Part shown: piece after piece, positions 56,967 through 64,000 of the stretch
Position numbering within the stretch: position 1 is the stretch's first letter
How the letters are laid out: each line of letters opens with the position of its first letter
Source: Abditibacterium sp.
GTDB lineage: Bacteria > Armatimonadota > Abditibacteriia > Abditibacteriales > Abditibacteriaceae
Direction: 5' to 3'
DNA length: 64,000 nt
NCBI GenBank assembly: GCA_965199495.1
Contig: CBDASK010000003.1
Coordinates: 3,936,001-4,000,000 of the forward strand
The notes under the pieces: generated by a model
What the model was told of the DNA's origin: nothing
The model's database searches: none
The model's input: only the letters and a program-made list of their open reading frames with translations
Translations under genes and position numbers: made by a program

Positions 56967-57900
56967 AAACTCGCACGCGCGGGTCAATCACTTTATATGA
57001 GACATCCACCAACAGATTCGCCACCACAACCATCAGCGCAGAAAACAAAACCGTGCCCATAATCATCGGCACGTCTTGATTTTGCACCGAATCAATCGCC
57101 AGACTGCCGATGCCGGGCCAGCCGAAGATTTTTTCGGTAAATATCAAACCGCTCAGCAGCGAAGCGAACTCGGCGCCAAGCACAGCCACGGCGGGAATCA
57201 AGGCGTTTTTGAGCGCGTGCTTGGCCGTGACCTGCGTTTCGCTCAGGCCGCGCGCGCGCGCGGCGCGGATGAAATCTTGCTTCATCACGCCGCGCAAATT
57301 GGCGTGCAGCAAACGCGAATAATAGGCCGCACCGCCGATGCCCAGCGTTATCGCGGGCAACGGCAAATTCCACAGATTGGCGCTGCCGCCAACGCTAAAT
57401 AAATTCAGTTGGTAACCCAAATATTGTTGCAATAGTCGCCCCAGCCAGAACGTCGGGATGGAAACCGCAATTAAAGCCAAAAGTAGCGCGATGCGGTCGA
57501 GCCATTTGCCGTCGTTGCGCGCGGTCATTAACGCGATGGGAATCGCGGCGCCGAGATAAATGACCAGCGCCGTGGCTGCTAACAAGAGCGTGGCCGGAAA
57601 GCGACGCGCGATGGCGGTGAAAACGATGTCGCCGTTGCGATAGGACTTGAGGTTGTTGGTAAAAATGTTCTCGACGAAAATCACGTATTGCTGCGGCAAC
57701 GGTTTGTCGAGACCAAAATCGCGCTTGATGTTGGCGATATTCTCGTCGGTCGCGCGCGCGCCCGCCACCGATTGCGCCATCGCGTCGGTCGGGTCTTTGT
57801 CGGCACCCAGACGCGGAACCCAGAACAATAGCAGAAATATCACGACCGAAACGCCCCACAATGTGATGAGGCTCAGGCCGAGCTTGCGAAGTAGTGACAT
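56965..57900 (-). CDS. Peptide ABC transporter permease (DppB/OppB-like)
   Basis: GLDKPL, PTFWLG, ARARGL, HALKNALIP, FGWPGIG, IDPRV. Confidence 0.93.
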   Translation of the reverse strand: MSLLRKLGLSLITLWGVSVVIFLLLFWVPRLGADKDPTDAMAQSVAGARATDENIANIKRDFGLDKPLPQQYVIFVENIFTNNLKSYRNGDIVFTAIARRFPATLLLAATALVIYLGAAIPIALMTARNDGKWLDRIALLLALIAVSIPTFWLGRLLQQYLGYQLNLFSVGGSANLWNLPLPAITLGIGGAAYYSRLLHANLRGVMKQDFIRAARARGLSETQVTAKHALKNALIPAVAVLGAEFASLLSGLIFTEKIFGWPGIGSLAIDSVQNQDVPMIMGTVLFSALMVVVANLLVDVSYKVIDPRVRV

Positions 57901-57922
57901 AATTTCGGTTATCGGACACCCC

Positions 57923-59545
57923 CTATCTGACGCTCACGTCCTCATAGGTTGCGGGCCACGCGGGCGAAAGTTGCAGACCTTCGACCCACGGTTGGCGCAC
58001 CATGTAACGCTGCGAATGGTGCAGGAAAACCATCGGCGCATCGCTGACGACGATTTTTTCGGCCTCTTGATAGAGTTTCAGGCGCATTGGGCCGGGCGGC
58101 AGAGTCAGGCCTTTGGCGAGCAGGGCGTCAACGCGCGGGTTGGAATAAAACGAGCGATTTAGACTGGCTTTGGCCGAAATGCTTTTGGTGGCATAGAGCG
58201 GATCCATAAAATTGGCCGGGTCGGGGAAATCTTGTAGCCAGCCCATCAGCGCCATCTTGGCGCCGTTGGGGCCGCGCAAACCGGCTTTGGCTTTGAGGTC
58301 GCCATAACGCAGCGCCTTGATCGAAACCGACATTCCGATATTTTTCAAATCTTCCATAATGGACTGCGCCGCCTTGCCGTACCACTGCTCGTTGGTCGCG
58401 TAATACAACGTGATAGGCGCGTTGGGCGTATCCTTGAAATTCGCCTCTTTGAGCAGCGCGCGCGCCTTGGCCGGGTCGAACGGATAGCCCTTGAGAGCGG
58501 CATCGTAGCCCGGCATTCCCGGCGGCAACGGCCCGTGCGCGAGCGTGGCGCGTCCGGTCAAGAATGAAGTGATGCGCTCGCGATTGATGCCGTAATTGAC
58601 GGCGCGTCGCACCTTGACGTTATCGAACGGCTTGACCTCGTTGTTCATCGTCATGTAGCGAATGTCCATCATCGGCGCGCTCAAAACTTGATTTTTCCAC
58701 GGCTCGGTCTGCGTCAAGCGCAAAAAGTCGGGCGCGAACGCATCGGAAATCGTCAAAACGTCCAAGGCGCCCTGTTCGTAAAGCATATCTTGCAGCGCCG
58801 ACGAGACGCCAAACTGCGCTTCGATGCGCTCGCATTTGGGCAGTTCGGGCCGGAAATAATGCGGGTTTTTGACCAGGGTCAACCAGCCATCGTGAACCCA
58901 TTCCTGAAGCGTGAACGGCCCGCAACCCATCGGATGCTCGCTCAAGGCTTTGCCGGTGGCTTCTAATTTCGTGGTGTAATCGCGATTGACCGCGTAGGCA
59001 AACGGCAACGCCAAATAATTGAGAAACGTCGCGTCCGGTTTATTCAAGCGGAAGATCAGCGTGTTCGCGTCGGGCACTTCGATGCCTTTGGGATGAGCGA
59101 GCGGAGTTTTGGTGGCCAGACTTTTCACGAACGCATCGGCGCCCACGATGTCGCCGAAAAATGACGAACCATCGGAAGCGGTTTCGGGATTTAAGACGCG
59201 TTCGATGGCAAAGCGAAAATCGTCGGCGGTCACGCGCGCGCCGTTGGTAAATTTTACATCGGGCCGAATCTTGAACGTGTAAGTTTTGCCGTCGGGCGAA
59301 ATCGCGTAAGACGAAGCGACTTCGGGATGCAAATTGGCTTTTTGATCGTATTCGACCAAACCCCGATAGAGCAGACGCGCGAACTGAATCGAAGTCGTGT
59401 CATAGGCTTTGGCCGGATCGAGCGTCGAGGCGTCCGATTCCTGCGCCATGCGCAACACGCCCGCCGGATGAGGCGCGTGCGCGCAACCAGCCACGGCGAC
59501 GCTGAAAAAGAAAATTGCGAGAAGAAAATGAGGAAATCGTCGCAT
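57923..59545 (-). CDS. Peptide ABC transporter substrate-binding lipoprotein (SBP family 5)
   Basis: VAG-C lipobox; TLDPA, SPDGKTYTF, GCGPF, PFDNVKVRRA. Confidence 0.93.
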   Translation of the reverse strand: MRRFPHFLLAIFFFSVAVAGCAHAPHPAGVLRMAQESDASTLDPAKAYDTTSIQFARLLYRGLVEYDQKANLHPEVASSYAISPDGKTYTFKIRPDVKFTNGARVTADDFRFAIERVLNPETASDGSSFFGDIVGADAFVKSLATKTPLAHPKGIEVPDANTLIFRLNKPDATFLNYLALPFAYAVNRDYTTKLEATGKALSEHPMGCGPFTLQEWVHDGWLTLVKNPHYFRPELPKCERIEAQFGVSSALQDMLYEQGALDVLTISDAFAPDFLRLTQTEPWKNQVLSAPMMDIRYMTMNNEVKPFDNVKVRRAVNYGINRERITSFLTGRATLAHGPLPPGMPGYDAALKGYPFDPAKARALLKEANFKDTPNAPITLYYATNEQWYGKAAQSIMEDLKNIGMSVSIKALRYGDLKAKAGLRGPNGAKMALMGWLQDFPDPANFMDPLYATKSISAKASLNRSFYSNPRVDALLAKGLTLPPGPMRLKLYQEAEKIVVSDAPMVFLHHSQRYMVRQPWVEGLQLSPAWPATYEDVSVR

Positions 59546-59593
59546 GAAAAATGAGTATTGTTGAAAGTTTGCTCGCCGGTCATAGCTGCAATC

Positions 59594-60694
59594 TCAGCCC
59601 AAAAACTGTTTCGCGCCAAACAAAAAACTCAAGCACGCCGCCAAAATCAACGCAGTGACATTGAGCATCGCGCGGGGCCGTGGCTGCATCGCCGCGACTT
59701 CGAGCGCGAGCAATTGGCTAAACGGCCACAACCCGAACAAGTAGCGTAGCGATGAAGTCGTGTAGGGCGGAAAAACGCGCGCGAATAACAGATTGAGCAA
59801 CAACACGCCGCACAACAAAATCGCGTCGCCGCGCGGTTGCGTCGCGCGGTGTTTCCACGCCAACCCAAAGGCTGCGAGCGTGCCCGCCCAGTTGAGTATC
59901 GTCACCACGTCCAATCTTTGCAGCGTGACGAAGCCGACGAAATCGCGCCACAACGGCACGAGCGGGAAAACTAAGGCGCGCCCAAACTGCGCCTGATTGG
60001 CGACGCTCGAAAGCACGCCGCCAAAACGCGCTTTAAAGTAAAGCTGAATTCCGATGAACGCCAAAAGCGGCAACACGCTCCACGCGAAACCACCGCGCTT
60101 GCGCCCCGAACTCTGAAACCACATCACCAACAAGGCCAGCGCCAAAACCGGCCCGGCGTTGCGCGTGAGTGCGGCGCCCATGCCCCAAACTCCGGCCCAC
60201 AACCACTGCTCGCGGCGCGCGCACCAAAAACTGGCGATGCCCAGCAAAAGCCACAGCGATTCGGTATAGACCGCGCCGCTATAAACCGCGCACGGGAAAA
60301 ACGCCAGCACCAAAACGGCGATATTGGCGATTTTCCCGTCCCACTCGCGCCGCGTCAAATCGTGAAAGAGCCACAGCGCGCCCGCGAAACAAACGTTGGA
60401 AATGACGACGCCCGCCAGCGCCAATGCGATGGGATTCGGGCCGAACGCGCGCATCGCTAACGGATAAAGCGGGAAGAAAACCGAAGTTTCGGGCGTGTAG
60501 CCGTGCGCGGCGATGTCGAGAAAATATTTGGAATCGTAGGTCGTCCAGACGCCCAGCCACGGCGACGGCACGCCCGCCCACGCGCCGGGTTCGAGCGGAG
60601 TATTTCCACGCGAAAGTTGGCCTAAATAAGCGAAAATCGCCAGCCAAATCCGCGATGAAAGCCAAGCCCACAAAACAAATTTGACAGATTTCAA
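59594..60694 (-). CDS. GT-C fold membrane mannosyltransferase-like protein (PIG-V-like)
   Basis: DSKYFLDIAAHGY, FFPLYP, YTESL; likely TTG start at 60694 overlapping the stop of the upstream permease. Confidence 0.78.
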   Translation of the reverse strand: MKSVKFVLWAWLSSRIWLAIFAYLGQLSRGNTPLEPGAWAGVPSPWLGVWTTYDSKYFLDIAAHGYTPETSVFFPLYPLAMRAFGPNPIALALAGVVISNVCFAGALWLFHDLTRREWDGKIANIAVLVLAFFPCAVYSGAVYTESLWLLLGIASFWCARREQWLWAGVWGMGAALTRNAGPVLALALLVMWFQSSGRKRGGFAWSVLPLLAFIGIQLYFKARFGGVLSSVANQAQFGRALVFPLVPLWRDFVGFVTLQRLDVVTILNWAGTLAAFGLAWKHRATQPRGDAILLCGVLLLNLLFARVFPPYTTSSLRYLFGLWPFSQLLALEVAAMQPRPRAMLNVTALILAACLSFLFGAKQFLG

Positions 60695-61710
60695 CGGCGC
60701 GTTTCCCAGACTTCGCCCAGCGCGTTGCCGATGAGATTGAACGCGACGACCGCCAACACAATCGCGACGCCGGGCGCGAGCGCGATCCACGGCGCGACCA
60801 ACAAATACGATTGTCCGTCGGCGATAAGTCCGCCCCACGACGCCGCTTCGGGACGGCCCAATCCCAAATAGGAAAGTCCCGCTTCGAGCAGAATGTTCTG
60901 CGCCGTCGCTAAAGTCGCCAATGTCACCACGGTTGGCACGACGTTGGGCAACAAATGCCGTTTTAAAATCGCGAAATTGGAAAGCCCCAGCGCGCGCGCT
61001 GCTTCGATGAACTCGCGTTCGCGCAGCGCCAACGTTTGCCCGCGCACCGCGCGCGCAATGCCAACCCACGTTACAAGTCCAATCGCCAGCAAAAGTTTGA
61101 GCGTGTTCAAATCGGGGTTGGAACTGAGCCACTGGAAAGGGGCATAACCCGGCCACTTGATCGTAGTCAATTCGGGATGGTGACTAAGCCAGACGAAAAG
61201 CCACGCGTTTGGCAGACGGTCGGGCAACACGACGGCGAGCGTGATCGCCAGCAGAATCGTCGGCAACGCCGCCACGATTTCAGTGAATCTCGTCAGAGCG
61301 GCGTCCACCCATCCGCCGAAAAATCCGCCCAAAAGTCCGATTGTTGTGCCGATGACCGTTGAAGTAATCATCGCGCAAAACGCCACGAGCAATGACAATC
61401 GCGCGCCATAAACCACGCGCGTCCAGACATCGCGGCCCAGCGTATCGGCGCCGAGCAAAAAGCCGCCGCCGGGCGCGTGCGGCACGCCCAGTGCGTTGAT
61501 GCCGTTGGGATAAATCTGCTGCGGATCGGTCGGATGGCCCGGCGTCAAAGCGTCGGCGAAAATCGCCATAATCAACAGCGTTCCCAAAATCGCCATGCCG
61601 ATGAGAAATAGCGGATGACGCCGCAAACGCGCCCACGTCGAATCGTTGCGGCGTTTGGCCGCCACGGTTTGCGGCGCGGGCAGGGGAGAAGTGAGAGGAG
61701 CAACGGCCAT
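60691..61710 (-). CDS. Peptide ABC transporter permease (DppC/OppC-like)
   Basis: LGADTLGRD, YGARLSL, EAARALG, RHLLPN, LSYLGLG, SWG. Confidence 0.93.
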   Translation of the reverse strand: MAVAPLTSPLPAPQTVAAKRRNDSTWARLRRHPLFLIGMAILGTLLIMAIFADALTPGHPTDPQQIYPNGINALGVPHAPGGGFLLGADTLGRDVWTRVVYGARLSLLVAFCAMITSTVIGTTIGLLGGFFGGWVDAALTRFTEIVAALPTILLAITLAVVLPDRLPNAWLFVWLSHHPELTTIKWPGYAPFQWLSSNPDLNTLKLLLAIGLVTWVGIARAVRGQTLALREREFIEAARALGLSNFAILKRHLLPNVVPTVVTLATLATAQNILLEAGLSYLGLGRPEAASWGGLIADGQSYLLVAPWIALAPGVAIVLAVVAFNLIGNALGEVWETRR

Positions 61711-61734
61711 AGGGAAAGTAACGGGCGAATGAGC

Positions 61735-62052
61735 TTAATCGTAAAGTTCAATAAAGTCATCTGGTATGGAAATAATTGCACCGTTTTCATCGAGTGAAAA
61801 ACCCGCGAAATAGTTTCGGCGAAATATCAAACCTAATTTGCGATTCGCTTGAAGCACGAACGAATGAAGTTCCAAGCCGCGCCAATTTCCAGGATTTTCA
61901 TGCCAGAGAGCATATTCTACTTCGTCCGTGCCAGTTCTGACTTTATGCTGAGTGAGTTGAGGCAACGCTTTCAATTCGTGCGCCGAGCGCGCGCTCCATC
62001 GCGCGCACTCTTCGTCCAAAAGGCGTTGCCACAAAGCATCTGTCGCATTCAT
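61735..62052 (-). CDS. Hypothetical protein
   Basis: Start MNATDALW 4 bp after the ddpX-like stop; co-oriented. Confidence 0.55.
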   Translation of the reverse strand: MNATDALWQRLLDEECARWSARSAHELKALPQLTQHKVRTGTDEVEYALWHENPGNWRGLELHSFVLQANRKLGLIFRRNYFAGFSLDENGAIISIPDDFIELYD

Positions 62053-62056
62053 GTGT

Positions 62057-62770
62057 TTATCTCGGCATTTTGTCCAAATCTCCGACCCAATGCGCGCCTT
62101 TGAGCATTTCGATTTTATCGTAAATCGCGTTGTCGGCTCCAACGCGCAAAGCCCAGCCGTTGTCGCCGTAGCTCCAATGCCACCATTCGTCGGCGTAGTT
62201 GGTTAATCCGGTCGGCTCCAAAACCGAACGCAGCAAATCGCGGTTTTTCCGTGCTTCGTCGCTCAAACCCGGCGCGTCGAAGGCGGCATGCGTGTTATCG
62301 AGCAAATCGAAGGGCGAAGTGAAATCTAATCTGTCGCCGTTTTTGTCGATAATTTCCAAATCAACCGCGCCGCCAGTTAAGTGCGGCGGCGGCGTGGCTG
62401 CATCGGGCGGCGCGCTGTATCGTCCGGCTTCGATCCCAATCGCGCGTTCGTCGGCAGCGGGCATTTTCTGGCGCGCCAATTTCAGCGAATGCGCGAACAT
62501 CGCGCGCTGCACAGCGATGGGCCGGTAACCTTCGACGATTTGCAAACGTAATCCATCAGGCAAATCTTCGGCGGCGCGGCACACCATTTCGGCGACGCTT
62601 TGACGCAGCAGATGCACGCGCGGAAACTCGAAAACCGGATGCGTGGGAGAGAAAACCAATTTATCGGAATCACATAATTCCAGAAAATCAACGAGCGGTT
62701 CGCCGTTGTCTTGAATTAGGACGGCATCGAGTTCGTCCTGATCTTCGGCGGGCGGGGAATGTTCTGACAT
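62057..62770 (-). CDS. D-alanyl-D-alanine dipeptidase (peptidase M15, VanX/DdpX-like)
   Basis: EGYRP, PPHLTGGAVDL and EWWHWSYGD zinc motifs. Confidence 0.88.
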   Translation of the reverse strand: MSEHSPPAEDQDELDAVLIQDNGEPLVDFLELCDSDKLVFSPTHPVFEFPRVHLLRQSVAEMVCRAAEDLPDGLRLQIVEGYRPIAVQRAMFAHSLKLARQKMPAADERAIGIEAGRYSAPPDAATPPPHLTGGAVDLEIIDKNGDRLDFTSPFDLLDNTHAAFDAPGLSDEARKNRDLLRSVLEPTGLTNYADEWWHWSYGDNGWALRVGADNAIYDKIEMLKGAHWVGDLDKMPR

Positions 62771-62837
62771 CGCGCGTCAGTTTAAAAGGAAACAGATATT
62801 TTGCATCCATCAATTTTGAAGCGGGCGCCTCGCTTCG

Positions 62838-62913
62838 AGCGGGGCTAACGCACCCTTCCAATCGGCGTGTTTTCAATGAACTCCGCCGATTGGAAGGGTG
62901 CGTTAGCCCCGCT
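62838..62913. repeat. Inverted-repeat element (AGCGGGGCT family, copy 3)
   Basis: agcggggctaacgcacccttccaatcggcg ... cgccgattggaagggtgcgttagccccgct. Confidence 0.93.
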
Positions 62914-63598
62914 ATTTATCCGAACGCGCGCGATAAATCTGCGCCAATTCATCGGGCGCTTGGCCGAGTTGAAAACGCATTTGCAATTCTATCCACAGCC
63001 ACAAAATGCGGAACGGCTGATGCGCAAAACGGCGCGCCGAAACCTGTAAGCGCCCGGCGCAGCACGCGGTTTTTCCGCGCGCTTCCAATTGTTTCACCAT
63101 CGCGTAATCCTCGAATAACGGCCAATCGCGAAAGCCGCCGACTTGCAGCCACGCCGCGCGCGTCAGCCAAATTCCCGAATCGCCGTAATAGCAGCCACGG
63201 GCGCGTTGCGCGCGCGCGATTTGTTCAAACAAACGTGGCGCCAAACCGCGCTCCATAAATTTGATGCGAAAATTGCCGCCGACGCAACCGCCCTCCAATG
63301 CGCGCGCGATTTGCGCGGTTGCGCCAAGTGGCGGCAGACAATCGGCGTGCAGAAACCACAAAACGTCGCCGGTTGCGCATTGCGCGCCCAAATTCTGTTG
63401 CGGCCCACGACCGCGCGCGCCTTCGACAACCGTCGCGCCCGCCGCGCGCGCGATTTGCGTCGTTTCGTCCGTCGAACCGCCATCGGCGACGATGATTTGC
63501 GCGATGTTTGGCATCGCGCCCAAACGTTTCAACAAACGCGGCAGATGTGCAGCTTCGTTGTAAGTCGGGATGATGATCGAAATGAATGCGGGCATCAC
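62912..63598 (-). CDS. GT2 glycosyltransferase (TIGR04283-like)
   Basis: ISIIIPTYNE, DGGSTD, GRG.Q.N.GA, FLHAD, YGD, FED, SARR. Confidence 0.85.
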   Translation of the reverse strand: MMPAFISIIIPTYNEAAHLPRLLKRLGAMPNIAQIIVADGGSTDETTQIARAAGATVVEGARGRGPQQNLGAQCATGDVLWFLHADCLPPLGATAQIARALEGGCVGGNFRIKFMERGLAPRLFEQIARAQRARGCYYGDSGIWLTRAAWLQVGGFRDWPLFEDYAMVKQLEARGKTACCAGRLQVSARRFAHQPFRILWLWIELQMRFQLGQAPDELAQIYRARSDK

Positions 63599-63615
63599 AG
63601 GGAATTACGCAATTC

Positions 63616-64000
63616 TCAGTTCACGCGAAACAGCAACACGCGCGCGCTTTGTTGGCCGGTGCGAGGCACGGCGACGGCGAACAATTTTTGTGACGGAATG
63701 TAATATCCGGTGCGCGCGTGCGCGCCCACGGCCAAACGTTGCAGACGGCGTGGCTGCTGCGTCGGCGTGGCATCAAAAACGTCAATGGCGCCTTCTTCGC
63801 CGCCGATCATCACCAATTTGCGCGTGGTCGCATCGTAATAGGCGTCGTCGCAATCGCCCACGCATGGCGTTTGCGATTGCAGTTGGCCGCTTTGCGTATC
63901 GTAAACCAACAACAGCGCCGGTTTGCGCGCGATGACAAACAGCCGATGGTTGGGCGCATCCAAAACCATCGCGAAGTTTTTCTGCGCGACTGCAACCGGA
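63616..64000 (-). CDS. YncE-like beta-propeller protein, 5'-truncated by window edge
   Basis: NFAMVLD..NHRLFV, GDCDDAYYD, GGEG-like motif, ARTG, LFAVAVP. Confidence 0.7.
   Translation of the reverse strand, partial: PVAVAQKNFAMVLDAPNHRLFVIARKPALLLVYDTQSGQLQSQTPCVGDCDDAYYDATTRKLVMIGGEEGAIDVFDATPTQQPRRLQRLAVGAHARTGYYIPSQKLFAVAVPRTGQQSARVLLFRVN

Overview
This is a GC-rich bacterial chromosome segment. The gene style is suggestive of Abditibacteriota or Armatimonadota-like bacteria, which is an unverified inference. Housekeeping genes are pheS/pheT, mqo, ruvA, rng, trpG-trpD-trpC, a split peptide ABC transporter, mscS and a D-Ala-D-Ala dipeptidase. Accessory content: (1) A six-gene co-oriented locus (2799-13837) encodes a Zn-ribbon/Ig/Hsp70-like ATPase that probably starts at ATT, a coiled-coil GrpE-like protein, a multi-Zn-ribbon protein, a membrane-anchored degenerate vWA protein, a small membrane protein and a 1.1-kaa tubulin/FtsZ-like GTPase. 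This is the best candidate for an uncharacterised system. (2) A 17-31 kb block holds modular CGGG lipoproteins and five secreted ankyrin-repeat proteins. (3) A J-domain-like/TM/GH2 fusion gene. (4) An intact IS982-like element with a 6-bp target duplication. (5) A solo integron gene cassette with an attC site. Two genome-scale DNA patterns stand out. About a dozen long palindromic REPIN-like intergenic elements from several unrelated sequence families are present, with arms that extend symmetrically into locus-specific flanks. The non-palindromic motif CGTGGCTGC(W) is strongly over-represented on both strands and in all six reading frames, resembling a DNA uptake sequence. No rRNA, tRNA or CRISPR array was seen. 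All counts are by eye.
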